From Bacteroidales bacterium (GTDB taxonomy: Bacteria; Bacteroidota; Bacteroidia; Bacteroidales; UBA3824), in assembly GCA_017962175.1 (NCBI GenBank), contig JAGCVU010000229.1, forward strand, positions 1,401-65,400: a stretch of 64,000 nucleotides of DNA. The letters are read 5' to 3'. The notes under the pieces are model-generated. The model saw nothing but the letters and a program-made list of their open reading frames with translations. It searched no databases and was not told where the DNA came from. Both the position numbers and the translations under genes were made by a program. The first letter of the stretch is position 1. Every line of letters starts with the position of its first letter. This document shows, piece by piece, positions 46,825 through 57,706 of this stretch.

Positions 46825-47082
46825 GTAAAAAGAAAAGAAAATTACTTCAATGCTTAAACGATAATAGAAGCGATAAAAACGATAAAAAACACATCACAGC
46901 AAACAAATAAAAAGCAGGTAAAACATAAGAGAGACATAAAAGAAAGAACGAAAGAAACTATAGCTCAAATAACATCATTTTAAACACACTCATATTCATA
47001 TTTTTATTGTTTTAGTTTTTTATGCAGCCTTAGTTAAACTATTACCTACTCCAAAATCCGATAGTCATATCGGATTTTTTTT
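46825..47082 (+). ncRNA. Candidate intergenic small RNA
   Basis: TAAATTTG -7 element at 46813-46820, an A-rich tract with no long ORF, a U-rich TTCATATTTTTATTGTTTTAG segment and a strong terminator. Inferred, not matched to any Rfam model. Confidence 0.5.
47053..47082 (+). terminator. Intrinsic terminator
   Basis: AAAATCCGATA-GTCA-TATCGGATTTT followed by TTTT. Confidence 0.88.
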
Positions 47083-47179
47083 GTATATACCTAATTGTGG
47101 GGATAATACGATTTTGCATTTCAGTTGCAAAACTTGCGCTATAAATTTGCGGCATAATAAACCATAAAACATAAACATT

Positions 47180-48310
47180 ATGCAAGAGATTATCCACATT
47201 ATCAACGAGATGTCGCCCTATTTGCTTTTGGGCTTTCTTTTGGCGGGACTTATGCACGCTTTTATTCCGCAACAGTATTATTCAAAATACCTTGCCAAAC
47301 CAAATTTCCGCTCAGTTTTGAACGCTACTCTGTTTGGTATTCCACTACCGCTTTGCTCGTGCGGTGTTATTCCCACGGCAATGTCGCTTAGAAAAGAGGG
47401 CGCATCAAAAGGTGCTGCCACATCGTTTTTGATAGCAACTCCACAAACCGGCGTGGATTCGATTATTGCCACATCAAGCCTTATGGGATTGCCTTTTGCA
47501 ATTATAAGACCCATTGCGGCATTGATTACAGCACTTTTTGGCGGGTCGCTCGTAAATACTTTCGACAAAAACAATGATGATAAGCCTCATACCGAACATG
47601 AAGAACACCATGAGTGTCATTGCCATCATGAACACGAAGAAGAACATCATGAGTGTCATTGCCACGAACATGAAGAACATCACGAAGGGGAAAAATCATT
47701 TGGTGAGAAAATCAAAACTGCCCTTGAATACGGTTATGTAGAAATGATGGAAGATATTGGCAAGTGGCTGATTATAGGTTTGATAGTTGCGGGATTGATA
47801 ACAGTTTTTGTTCCCGAAGAGGCGTTCAAAGTTTTTCAAGGCAACACATTTTTGTCGATGCTTTTGGTTTTGGCAATAGCCGTACCAATGTATGTATGCG
47901 CCACAGGAAGTATTCCAATTGCCGTAGCCCTTATGTTAAAGGGACTTACACCCGGAGCTGCGTTGGTTCTCTTAATGGCTGGTCCCGCGTGCAATATGGC
48001 TTCGTTGCTCGTAGTTAGAAAAGTTATGGGTACAAAAACTTTGGTTATCTACTTGGCTTCCATAATATTAGGTTCAATAATATTTGGCGCAGCAATCGAC
48101 TTTATGCAATTTAACGGCATAATGGACTTTACAGCCAACCTCGTTAGCACCACACATTGCGAAGAAGGTGGCAATTGGATTGAATGGACTTCAACAGCAA
48201 TACTCGCTGCATTGTTAATCAACGCTCTTGTAATCAACAGAATCCGTGGCAAAGAGCATTGCCATTGCCACGACCATGAAGAAGAACACGAACATTGCCA
48301 TTGCCATTAA
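47180..48310 (+). CDS. ArsP/SO_0444-type heavy-metal (Cu/Zn) efflux permease with His/Cys-rich loop and tail
   Basis: [40 protein letters not shown]; [10 protein letters not shown] repeats; TAAATTTG at 47142-47149. Confidence 0.9.
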   Translation: MQEIIHIINEMSPYLLLGFLLAGLMHAFIPQQYYSKYLAKPNFRSVLNATLFGIPLPLCSCGVIPTAMSLRKEGASKGAATSFLIATPQTGVDSIIATSSLMGLPFAIIRPIAALITALFGGSLVNTFDKNNDDKPHTEHEEHHECHCHHEHEEEHHECHCHEHEEHHEGEKSFGEKIKTALEYGYVEMMEDIGKWLIIGLIVAGLITVFVPEEAFKVFQGNTFLSMLLVLAIAVPMYVCATGSIPIAVALMLKGLTPGAALVLLMAGPACNMASLLVVRKVMGTKTLVIYLASIILGSIIFGAAIDFMQFNGIMDFTANLVSTTHCEEGGNWIEWTSTAILAALLINALVINRIRGKEHCHCHDHEEEHEHCHCH

Positions 48311-50247
48311 AACTTAAATACGTTGGCATTTTGACGGAACAATTCTGCCTGTCCGTTAAGTTCCTCAGCGCTGACTGCAAGTTCTTCGCTTGCAGCGGCG
48401 TTTCCTTGTATAGAATTATTGAGTTCCTTTACCGCTATGTCAATAGACTGAATAGTAGAGTTTTGGGCATCGGCAGATGACTCAATTTGCTCTATCATTA
48501 TAGCACATTGATCAATTTCGGGAAGGATACTATTGATAAGTTCAGTTGATTTTGCTGTGGCTTTTACGCTCGTTTGAGCACCAGAAATAATGTCGTTGGC
48601 AGAGGTTTTACTCTTTTCGGCAAGTTTGCGGATTTCAGACGCAACCACGGCAAAACCTTTACCGTGTTCGCCAGCTCGGGCAGCCTCCACAGCGGCATTA
48701 AGAGCAAGAATATTGGTTTGAAACGCAATATCGTTGATAATGTCGATTTTTTCCGAAATATCTTTTACAGCATTGAAACTCTCCTCCTGAGCCTTGCTGA
48801 TGGCGTTAACATCGGTTCTCATCTTTCGGGTAATCTTGCCAGTTTGTTTAGAAACTTCTGCGTTGTGGCGAATCTCGTCAGAGATATGAGCCATCGACTG
48901 AACAATGCTGTCGGCGTTAGCTGCCTGTTGGTTAGCATTTTGCGAAAGTGTTTGTGTGGTGCGGTTAATCTCCGCACTTGAAGTTTGCAGATTGTTGGCT
49001 CCATCGTAAATATTGCGGAGAATGCCTTTGAGGTTGGCCGCCATTTGGTAAACCGATTTAAGAATACCGCGCGATTGCTGAATATCGCGACTGTGAGCAT
49101 CGGTCATATCGCCATTTGCAATACGGTCTACAATTACTTTTACAAATTTGGGTTCGCCGCCAACATCGTTTATAATCTTGTTTAACAAATGGTTAGTTGC
49201 AATTATGAGCAACACAACAATAATCAAAACCGCTATCACCATAGGAATCAACACCTTGGGAGCATCTTTATACTTGTCAGATACGGGATAAACAAATTGA
49301 AAATACGAATATACCGGCGCGTTATAGATGTACACCATCTCATAATCAACACCATTGTAAGTAAAATCAATAGTATTGAGAGTGCCATCTTTGTGCTTGG
49401 TCATTTCGGCGTAAACATCATCGGGCATTTTTTGCCATTCGGCACGTTTATCTTCGGGTGCAACAAACACATAGTTAGGATCTTTGGTCCACAGCGAAAA
49501 ACCGTTTGAAAGAAACGAAGCCGAACCAAAAGCGTTTTCGTCTTGCGAAATAGTACTTTGGTCTTGTCCGGTAAAATATGCACCCTCAATTTTGTCGTTA
49601 ATTATAATCGGCTTATATTCACCGATATAAGGAACTTGCTCAACAGTGGTCATATCATAAAAAAGACCTCTGTTTTCGATAACGTTGAGTGCATTTTGGT
49701 CTTCGAGAATAGAACCAACGATATATTGACCATTCTTTTTAATAGAAGTGGCAATTACCATATATCCCTTTGAAGTTTTTTGGTAAACCGAAAACTGATT
49801 GGGAGCGGCGGCTTCGGTAAGTTGAGTAAGAAGCTCGTTGTTCTGATTCAGCACGTTATCGCCAAATTTCCAAATCTTTACATCGGTATTGCCAATACGC
49901 TGAGTTTGATCGGTAATATGAAGACCACCACGAATTTTAAAATGTATTTCAACAGTGTTTACAATTTGCTCATTGATTTTAGAAAATGCGTAATTGTAAG
50001 CATTCTGTTTATCGGTAAAGCCCTTTAAATCAGAGCGAACGTTTTGCTCAATACTATTACCGAGCAAATTTTTCATAATAAAACCAAGTGTAACTGTAAT
50101 AATCAAAATAGCTACTACGCCAAAAATTCCGAGTAGCAAATTCATTTTACCTTTCGCTGTCATGTTTCTATGTTGTTTAAAGAAAATCAATAACATTATT
50201 GATAATACGCAAATAATATACAAAGGTAGCAAAAAATACGTTAACAA
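48307..50247 (-). CDS. Methyl-accepting chemotaxis protein with Cache-type periplasmic sensor
   Basis: [38 protein letters not shown] hairpin tip, VGGEP HAMP-like linker, TM helices and NAAASEEL methylation helix. Confidence 0.93.
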   Translation of the reverse strand: MLTYFLLPLYIICVLSIMLLIFFKQHRNMTAKGKMNLLLGIFGVVAILIITVTLGFIMKNLLGNSIEQNVRSDLKGFTDKQNAYNYAFSKINEQIVNTVEIHFKIRGGLHITDQTQRIGNTDVKIWKFGDNVLNQNNELLTQLTEAAAPNQFSVYQKTSKGYMVIATSIKKNGQYIVGSILEDQNALNVIENRGLFYDMTTVEQVPYIGEYKPIIINDKIEGAYFTGQDQSTISQDENAFGSASFLSNGFSLWTKDPNYVFVAPEDKRAEWQKMPDDVYAEMTKHKDGTLNTIDFTYNGVDYEMVYIYNAPVYSYFQFVYPVSDKYKDAPKVLIPMVIAVLIIVVLLIIATNHLLNKIINDVGGEPKFVKVIVDRIANGDMTDAHSRDIQQSRGILKSVYQMAANLKGILRNIYDGANNLQTSSAEINRTTQTLSQNANQQAANADSIVQSMAHISDEIRHNAEVSKQTGKITRKMRTDVNAISKAQEESFNAVKDISEKIDIINDIAFQTNILALNAAVEAARAGEHGKGFAVVASEIRKLAEKSKTSANDIISGAQTSVKATAKSTELINSILPEIDQCAIMIEQIESSADAQNSTIQSIDIAVKELNNSIQGNAAASEELAVSAEELNGQAELFRQNANVFKF

Positions 50248-50256
50248 AATGTTAAC

Positions 50257-51303
50257 CTATTTGCCGTATGTCTGTTTAAAATATTCCAAATGCTGCAAAA
50301 AATCTCCGTTAAACTGATTAACGCATTGATTTTTAAGAGTATCCTTCTTATTGTAATAAGTCATATAACCCGTAAAAAAAGTATTATTTACATTGCGCAA
50401 TGTATTTTTCTTAATTTTTGTGGGGTCGAACGCCTTAAAGCCAACGCTATCTACACCGTCAATTATTGACGCAATAAAACGCTGTTTTTCAACATCTTTG
50501 AGAGAATCAGGAAGATTTTTAAAACCATCGGTGCAATAAAGCGAATCAAGTCCTTTGGCTGAATGTAAAAAATAATTAGCAAGAGTAAGATTATCGTCAA
50601 TAGAATTTTTGTAACGAGTAATCAACGGCGACGATTCTCCGTACTTAGATTTGAGATAAAGCACTGCACCGTTTTCGCCCACATAATCGGCAATGTTTTC
50701 GTTTAACTCGCTGTTATCCTTCACAAAAACGGTGCTGTGAGTAAGTTCATGAATAATCAATTCAGCAAGGTTTGCCTCATCTTTTAGCAACATATTCGAC
50801 ATAATCGGGTCGGTAAACCAGCCCATGGTACTCCATCCGCCGGGATGAACAATGCGAGTATCGTAACCTTTGTCTTGCAAACGTTTAGCCTCTTTTTCGG
50901 CATCCTCTTTTTCAAAAAAACCTTTATATGGAAGTTGGCCCACCACAGGAAAATTCCAAAGATATTTTTTTACGCGATATTTTTCGGCAGCCTGCACCAC
51001 GTATGCTGTTGGGCGACCTTTTAAATCGTAAACGGCATTATAATTAGGAGAATTTTTCAATCCGAGCGAATCCATTGCAAATCGGCGTACATCTTTGATA
51101 ATGTGCAATTTTTGTTTCAATGAATCGGGATAATTCGGGTCGTTTAAAAGAGTATCCACCGGCACTGCATTTCGCACCATATCCAACTGTCCAAGTCCCT
51201 GACGCACACCGTAAATCACCAATTTAATGTTCACCAACAAATAAATCACAATCACCGCCAACAATACGAGCAATATTTTTTTCCAAAGGGATTTTTTTTT
51301 CAT
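50257..51303 (-). CDS. Putative Zn-dependent aminopeptidase (DUF2265-like)
   Basis: N-terminal TM, W.FPVVG.LPYKGFF, GWSTMGWF.DP, IIHELTH and NENIA. Confidence 0.85.
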   Translation of the reverse strand: MKKKSLWKKILLVLLAVIVIYLLVNIKLVIYGVRQGLGQLDMVRNAVPVDTLLNDPNYPDSLKQKLHIIKDVRRFAMDSLGLKNSPNYNAVYDLKGRPTAYVVQAAEKYRVKKYLWNFPVVGQLPYKGFFEKEDAEKEAKRLQDKGYDTRIVHPGGWSTMGWFTDPIMSNMLLKDEANLAELIIHELTHSTVFVKDNSELNENIADYVGENGAVLYLKSKYGESSPLITRYKNSIDDNLTLANYFLHSAKGLDSLYCTDGFKNLPDSLKDVEKQRFIASIIDGVDSVGFKAFDPTKIKKNTLRNVNNTFFTGYMTYYNKKDTLKNQCVNQFNGDFLQHLEYFKQTYGK

Positions 51304-51351
51304 AAGTCGATATTTAATAAATTTGCCCCAAATATAACCAAAATTCTTGTT

Positions 51352-53136
51352 ATGACCGACAAAAAAGAACTTAAAGATTTTTATAGCCGCCGGCTGAATA
51401 CATACACTGAAAAATACGAAATGTACCGCAAAAAAGAGCGTAACACAAATATTATGAGGGGATTATCATTTGTTGGCGGAACTGCATTAGCCATTATTTC
51501 GGCAAATTATTCAATGGCATTAATGACTGCGGTGATAATTGCAACAATTATTATCTTCCTATTTTTTGTAAAGAAAAACGCTGAATATCAATACAATAAA
51601 AACATAAACCTCAATCTTAAAAATATCAATCAAAGCGAACTCAAAGCCTTAGACAACGACAACTCCGACTTTGACGGCGGCGCAGAATTTGTTGACCCAA
51701 AACACTGTTACACATACGATTTGGATATTTTTGGCAACCGATCAATTTTTCAAAAACTCAACCGAACTATCACCCAAGGCGGCAAAAATCTTTTGGCAAA
51801 CGAATTTATCAACCCGTCAAAAGATATTAGCAAAATAATTGAAACTCAACAAAATACACAACTATTTATAGACGAAGTGGATGCTCGTCAAAACTTTATT
51901 GCCGAGGGAAAACTTTTCAAAGACGATATCACCGACCAAAATATCGAAGATATTTCAAAAGCTGAATATTTCTTTACTAATTCGCCGTTGTGGAAAATCA
52001 TTGCTATAACATTGATTACAAGTACTTTATCAACTATTATTTTGGCATCATACGATATAGTGAGCATTTATATTCCATCGTTTTTGTTTATTGTGCAACT
52101 CACAATTTTTAGTATTAACGGCAAGAAAACCAAGACATTAAGCGACAAAATAGAAAAAACCGAAAAGGCGTTTAAAAAGTATCATTCGCTTTTTAAAATA
52201 ATAGAAAATATCAACAACATTCCCGAAAAGTTTTCAGCCGAAATCAAATCCAAAACTATCTCTAAGGCATTTGGCGAACTTGCTACCATTGCACTTCGCT
52301 ACGAACAACGCCACAATCTTATGATGGCATTTTTTGGTCAAGGCATTTTCAGTTACGACATTATTATCAACATAAAATTTGAAAATTGGGAACGAAAACA
52401 CTGCGGCGAAATCAAACGTTGGTTTAACATTATTGCCGAATACGATTTTCTGTTTAGTCTCGCTAATCTGAAATTCAACAATCCATCGTGGTGTTTTCCA
52501 AAACCATCTGAAAATCAATTTATTCTCAACGCCAAAAATGCGGGTCATCCATTAATTCAAGATGAAAAATGTGTTCGCAACCATATCAATTTCTCCGACC
52601 GCAACTACCTTGTAATTCTCACCGGAGCTAATATGGCGGGCAAAAGCACATATCTAAGAACCATTGGTACTAATCTGATATTAAGCCAATTAGGAGCGGC
52701 AGTTTGTGCCGAAGAATTTGAGTTTTCGCCGGTAGATATTTTTACAAGCATCCGCACAAGCGACAGCGTTCAAGATAGTCAGTCGTATTTTTTTGCCGAA
52801 CTCAGTCGTTTGCAACAGATTATCCAAAAACTCGAAACCGGCGCCACACTTTTTATAATAGTAGACGAAATGCTTCGCGGCACCAACAGCAAAGACAAGC
52901 ACGACGGCAGCGAAAAATTTCTCCATAAACTACTGAAATACAAGTGTTACGGCATTTTTGCCACCCACGACATCGACATAGGCAACATCAAAACCCTCTA
53001 CCCCAACAACATCGACACCAAATGTTTTGAAATTTCGTTTCAAGGCGACGAACTCATCTTCGACTACACCCTCAAAGATGGCATTTCAAAAAATCTGAAT
53101 GCAAGTTATTTGATGAAAAAAATGGGGATAATATAA
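51352..53136 (+). CDS. MutS-related membrane ATPase (MutS domain V only)
   Basis: DLDIFG..SIFQ, HPL, TGANMAGKSTYLR, SYFFAEL.RL, DEMLRGTNS and ATHD; TM pairs in the N-half. Confidence 0.9.
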   Translation: MTDKKELKDFYSRRLNTYTEKYEMYRKKERNTNIMRGLSFVGGTALAIISANYSMALMTAVIIATIIIFLFFVKKNAEYQYNKNINLNLKNINQSELKALDNDNSDFDGGAEFVDPKHCYTYDLDIFGNRSIFQKLNRTITQGGKNLLANEFINPSKDISKIIETQQNTQLFIDEVDARQNFIAEGKLFKDDITDQNIEDISKAEYFFTNSPLWKIIAITLITSTLSTIILASYDIVSIYIPSFLFIVQLTIFSINGKKTKTLSDKIEKTEKAFKKYHSLFKIIENINNIPEKFSAEIKSKTISKAFGELATIALRYEQRHNLMMAFFGQGIFSYDIIINIKFENWERKHCGEIKRWFNIIAEYDFLFSLANLKFNNPSWCFPKPSENQFILNAKNAGHPLIQDEKCVRNHINFSDRNYLVILTGANMAGKSTYLRTIGTNLILSQLGAAVCAEEFEFSPVDIFTSIRTSDSVQDSQSYFFAELSRLQQIIQKLETGATLFIIVDEMLRGTNSKDKHDGSEKFLHKLLKYKCYGIFATHDIDIGNIKTLYPNNIDTKCFEISFQGDELIFDYTLKDGISKNLNASYLMKKMGII

Positions 53137-53140
53137 CCCT

Positions 53141-54514
53141 TTACCCCCCAAAGCTCCACTTGCCTTTTTTCTTATTAGCATTAAAATAAAACGACAGAGC
53201 TATTTCAGCCACATTTTTGGGAGCGTCGAGCATATCTTTAAAGCCATAATATTTGTAACAGGCTGATATTCCGACACCTGAAAAAAGTTGGTAAAATCCT
53301 ACCGAGGGCGAATGAAATGCTTGACTTTTTGGGCGAAGGTCTAATGCACCATCGTATTTGCCGCTACCGTAGGCAAACTGATAACCGATGTAGGCTCCAA
53401 TGTCGGGCTTTTGCTGATGACGAAACGAAATGCGTTTTTCGATACCCATCTGCATCATTGTAAGTCGCTGACGTAGTTGCCAATACGATTTTTCGGCACG
53501 GGGAACAATGGCAGTTTTGTACGACGGGCGAAACGATATGGCTAAGTAAACGGCTGTGTTGTAGCGCAATTCGTGCATTCCAATGCGAAATCCCATTCGA
53601 TATTCGTTGCTACAAAATTCGTGGGTATATGCCAACGAAACTCCCGACGGAATTATCATTTTTGAAGATTTAATGCCTTGATTTTCAAAATATTTCTCAT
53701 TACTATGATTGGTGTACATCTGACTTAAAACGGCGGCATTGTTGCCGTTGCGATCGAGGGCTGAGATGGCGGCTCCATTACTGCGCAAAAGTTCCGACAT
53801 TTTGGCATCAGCATAAATGGCACTATAAATAATAGGTGTGCCGAGTTGACTTTTTGCGTTGACATCTGCGCCGTGACGAATTAGCCAAGATGCTGTGGCA
53901 TAGTCGTTTCGTTGAATGGCAATACACAGCGGAGTAATATTTCCGGACGCATTATTGATTTTTGCACCATAGTCTACAAGTAATTGCGCAAAAATTGTAT
54001 CTTGGTAATATACAGCTATTTGCAAAGGATTTTTATTGTTGCAAACAATGTTAGGATTGGCACGGTGAAAAAGCAACACATCAGCACATTCCACATAACC
54101 ATATTGCGCAGCGTAGTGCAAAAGCGATTTGCGTTCAACAGAATCCACAACATTTGGATTGGCGTGATATTGAAGCATAAGGTCGAGAATACGCGGATTG
54201 TTTTTTAAAACCACATTGGTAATTGCCGGTACTGCATTGTTGTATTGCGGGTTAAGTTCAGGAGTTGCACCATATTGCAAAAGAAGTTCGCAAATAGAAT
54301 CGTTTTCACTGTCGGAGGCGTACATCAAGGCAGTAAACCCGTCGGCATCGTATTGGTCGGGCTTGGCTCCATTGTTCAAAGATTCTAATGCTTGTTGATA
54401 ATTACCTTTTAAACAGGCAAATACAAGCAAATCATCGGCTTGTTGGGCAAAACTCTGACACCAAACAGCCAACAAAAAAATAGTTGATAATACACGTTTG
54501 CAACTCATATTCAA
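53141..54514 (-). CDS. Exported ankyrin-repeat protein with a probable C-terminal beta-barrel
   Basis: GFTALMYA...LLQYGA, SLLHYAA..G, TPLCIAI...LIRHGADVN repeats; C-terminal alternating strands ending IALSFYF. Confidence 0.8.
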   Translation of the reverse strand: MNMSCKRVLSTIFLLAVWCQSFAQQADDLLVFACLKGNYQQALESLNNGAKPDQYDADGFTALMYASDSENDSICELLLQYGATPELNPQYNNAVPAITNVVLKNNPRILDLMLQYHANPNVVDSVERKSLLHYAAQYGYVECADVLLFHRANPNIVCNNKNPLQIAVYYQDTIFAQLLVDYGAKINNASGNITPLCIAIQRNDYATASWLIRHGADVNAKSQLGTPIIYSAIYADAKMSELLRSNGAAISALDRNGNNAAVLSQMYTNHSNEKYFENQGIKSSKMIIPSGVSLAYTHEFCSNEYRMGFRIGMHELRYNTAVYLAISFRPSYKTAIVPRAEKSYWQLRQRLTMMQMGIEKRISFRHQQKPDIGAYIGYQFAYGSGKYDGALDLRPKSQAFHSPSVGFYQLFSGVGISACYKYYGFKDMLDAPKNVAEIALSFYFNANKKKGKWSFGG

Positions 54515-55236
54515 TAATTTATAGAAAATTTATCACGGTCGTTGAGATATGGTTTTCCCTTACGCATTTGGGCAAGGGTTTCGGCTGGAATTTCGATTTT
54601 TACCCAACTTTTGCTACCGCGAATTTGCCTAATATCAGTATTATAGATGGGAGTTTCGGTTTTGCTGAACCCCTGAGCATTTACATTTATTACAAAGCAT
54701 TGATTTTCAATTGCGCGAGCTTTGCAGAGTACGGCACGGTCGCCAAGTCGCTCCACAGGCCATTGCGATACACAGAGAAGAATGTCGTAATTATCTGTAT
54801 TTCTGCACCATACAGGAAAACGCAAATCGTAACAAATTATGGGGCAGAATTTAAAGCCTAAGTAATTGAATGTTACTATCTTATTGCCCGGAGTAACGCT
54901 TTGTTTTTCAAATTTTCCAAACAAATGGCGTTTATCGTAAAAAATGGTCTGTCCATCGGGTAATGCACAGCAAAAACGATTGTATATCAATTCGTTATCC
55001 TTGATATAAAAACTTCCGGCAATAGCCACATCGTATTTTTTTGCCCAATTAACAAAGGTGTCGATATTTTTTGCGCCATTGAACTCAGTGGTTGTATTCA
55101 CATTGCAACCCGTGTCGAAAGCTTCGGGCAAAATCCACATTTTAACGCCTTTGTTGCGCGAAATCACCGACTGAATCAAATCAAAATCGGGTTTGCCGTC
55201 GCGCAGATATTTGTTTTCAAAAAATCCTATTTGCAT
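54511..55236 (-). CDS. Carbon-nitrogen hydrolase (nitrilase family, omega-amidase YafV-like)
   Basis: Catalytic triad in LPEAF, YDKRHLF and ICYDLRFP; ARAIENQ. Confidence 0.9.
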   Translation of the reverse strand: MQIGFFENKYLRDGKPDFDLIQSVISRNKGVKMWILPEAFDTGCNVNTTTEFNGAKNIDTFVNWAKKYDVAIAGSFYIKDNELIYNRFCCALPDGQTIFYDKRHLFGKFEKQSVTPGNKIVTFNYLGFKFCPIICYDLRFPVWCRNTDNYDILLCVSQWPVERLGDRAVLCKARAIENQCFVINVNAQGFSKTETPIYNTDIRQIRGSKSWVKIEIPAETLAQMRKGKPYLNDRDKFSINY

Positions 55237-55243
55237 ATCTTAA

Positions 55244-57682
55244 CTAATTTTCGCTTTTAAAACCTGCCAATGCTATACGTATTTCGTCCCACGAATATGA
55301 CTCGTTTAAACCTGCACGGATTTCGCCCAAACCCTTCAACTTTGGATTTTCCGCCAAAAACATACAAATATCCTCGTAACATTTAGCACCGATGACAATC
55401 TCGGCGGGAATACGTCCTGAAGCCACAAAACGTTCAATATGTCCAAAAACAGTAGACAAGGCAAGACCGCGTTTATGAGCGATTTCTTGCACCGAGCACC
55501 CATCTTCTAACAAGGATAGTGTTTTTTCCTCAGAACTCATTGATTCATAAGCGGCTCGTTCCAATGCCAATTCGTTGATAGGCAATCCATTTCGGCGACG
55601 ATAGTCGATTACAATATCAAAAATAGGTTTGGCAAACGATTTTCCTTTGCTGCCGCCCATTCCTTTGATTTGTATAAGTTCCTTATATTCAGACGGAACT
55701 GTGTTTGAAATACTCAAGAGTGTCTTGGTAGATAAGATTTCTTTCGGCTCCACACCAATATCTTCGGCGGCTTGTTTTCGCCATTTTGACAAAAGTTGAT
55801 ACAGTTCGGGATTCTTGCTGTCAGAAGAATTTGCGCCCGAAGGCGAACTCTTTGAATGTGAATCTACTACAAAATCAGACATCGAAAGTTTCGCCTTGGT
55901 TTCAAGATAGCTTTTGATTGAAAAACCATCTTGCAACGAGCATATACAGCCGTTTTTGATTTTGAAAATATTGAAGAAATCTTCGTAATGGTCGCGTATT
56001 CGTTTTGCCTTAACCTTATCATCGCAGTCGAATGTAAAGGTTTCGGCAATGGGTTGAATATACGTGTCGATTTTTTGTTTGAAATAAACACAACCTTTTG
56101 ATATTCTTTGGTTTAGTTCGGGCACTTGTTCAGGGTTTGGCGACTGTGCATATTTAGAATTGATATCAGCAATAAACTTTTCTGCCACAGTCATCATTTC
56201 GCCAAATATCTTAGAATCAATACCTTCAAGCACGGCGTTGTTGCCCACAAACGAACTTCCTGCCTCTGCCACAGCACGTTGCAAACCTTGAACCGAAGCA
56301 TGCAGCTGCGAAAAGTCAAACATTTCGGCTACAAGATTAAAAAAGTAAGTTCTTCGATCGTTTGACAGTGCTCCCTCATCAGGAATATTTTGCTCAATAT
56401 TCTCGGCAAATGTGTTGATAGCCGGGTCGGTAATGATATCCGAAGGTTGCAACGGCTGCAAAAGAATCAATCCCTCCAACGTTCTACAACGGCTAAGAGC
56501 TACATACACTTGTCCGTGGGCAAAACTATTGTGGGCATTGAGCAACAAATGGTCGAAGGTGAGTCCCTGACTTTTATGAATGGTTACAGCCCAAGCTGTT
56601 TTTAGAGGAATTTGGGTAAATGTGCCCACTACTTCCTCGGTAATCTCTTTGGTTTTAGAATCAACGGTGTATTTTGTGTTTTCCCAACGCATGGGTTTCA
56701 CATAAATATTCTCGCTGTCGTCTTTGCATTTAACAATCACACTATCAGACTCGAAACCTACCACACGACCTATTTTGCCGTTGAAAAAACGACGTTCGCC
56801 ACCGGTGTCATTTTTCAAAAACATCACCACGCTACCCGACTTGAATGTTAGGTTGCGGTCAACTGGAAACGAAGATTCGGGAAAATCACCCGTAATCTCA
56901 GCATTAAAAGTGCGTTGCTCGGTGTCGAGTTCAAGCATATGCAGTGAATTTATCCTCTCCGCCTGAGCATTGGTGGTTACGAGGGTAACAACATCGTCGT
57001 CCTTGTCGGCAACGTAATTAGGTATGTATCTGGTGTTTAACTTTGCCAAAGTATTGCTATCAGACTTGCCGTTTCGTATCGCATTAAGAATGTCGATGTA
57101 TGATGTATCGGTTTGTCGGAAAATTTGGTTCAATTCAATGCTAACATATGGCGTTTTTTGCCACGCCTTGCTGCCAAAAAAGTAATATGTATCGTAGTAT
57201 GGGCGCAGAATCTCCTCATCCTCAGCACGCACCACAGGCGAAAGTTGCTGCATATCGCCAATCAAAAGCAATTGCACACCGCCAAAAGGATCTTTACTGC
57301 CTCGGTAACGTCGAAGAACAGTGTCAACCGAATCCAAAAGGTCGGCACGTACCATACTAATCTCGTCAATTACAAGCAATTGCAACGAGCGTATAATATC
57401 AATCTTGACTTTTGAAAAACGGCGGTCGGGCTCAGAATAACTGCCCGGAATCTGCGGACCCAATGGCAGTTGAAAAAACGAGTGAAGTGTAACGCCACCG
57501 GCATTGATGGCTGCCACTCCCGTAGGCGAAGTTACAATCATTCGCTTGGGACAAATCTGTTTCAAACGTTTTAAAAAAGTGGTCTTGCCCGTTCCTGCCT
57601 TGCCTGTGAGAAAAACATTTCTTCCTGTATAAAACAGGTAATTAAAAGCCAAGTCGAGACGCTCGTTTGTTTTAAAATCCAT
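55244..57682 (-). CDS. Pif1/RecD-like SF1B helicase with HRDC and C-terminal HTH
   Basis: TGKAGTGKTT, IDEISM, GDMQQL, AVTIHKSQG, GQVYVALSR; HRDC LYQLLSKWR...IKGMG; IAHKRGLALSTVFGH. Confidence 0.92.
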   Translation of the reverse strand: MDFKTNERLDLAFNYLFYTGRNVFLTGKAGTGKTTFLKRLKQICPKRMIVTSPTGVAAINAGGVTLHSFFQLPLGPQIPGSYSEPDRRFSKVKIDIIRSLQLLVIDEISMVRADLLDSVDTVLRRYRGSKDPFGGVQLLLIGDMQQLSPVVRAEDEEILRPYYDTYYFFGSKAWQKTPYVSIELNQIFRQTDTSYIDILNAIRNGKSDSNTLAKLNTRYIPNYVADKDDDVVTLVTTNAQAERINSLHMLELDTEQRTFNAEITGDFPESSFPVDRNLTFKSGSVVMFLKNDTGGERRFFNGKIGRVVGFESDSVIVKCKDDSENIYVKPMRWENTKYTVDSKTKEITEEVVGTFTQIPLKTAWAVTIHKSQGLTFDHLLLNAHNSFAHGQVYVALSRCRTLEGLILLQPLQPSDIITDPAINTFAENIEQNIPDEGALSNDRRTYFFNLVAEMFDFSQLHASVQGLQRAVAEAGSSFVGNNAVLEGIDSKIFGEMMTVAEKFIADINSKYAQSPNPEQVPELNQRISKGCVYFKQKIDTYIQPIAETFTFDCDDKVKAKRIRDHYEDFFNIFKIKNGCICSLQDGFSIKSYLETKAKLSMSDFVVDSHSKSSPSGANSSDSKNPELYQLLSKWRKQAAEDIGVEPKEILSTKTLLSISNTVPSEYKELIQIKGMGGSKGKSFAKPIFDIVIDYRRRNGLPINELALERAAYESMSSEEKTLSLLEDGCSVQEIAHKRGLALSTVFGHIERFVASGRIPAEIVIGAKCYEDICMFLAENPKLKGLGEIRAGLNESYSWDEIRIALAGFKSEN

Positions 57683-57706
57683 AATAAGATATTATTTCTC
57701 AAGCAA

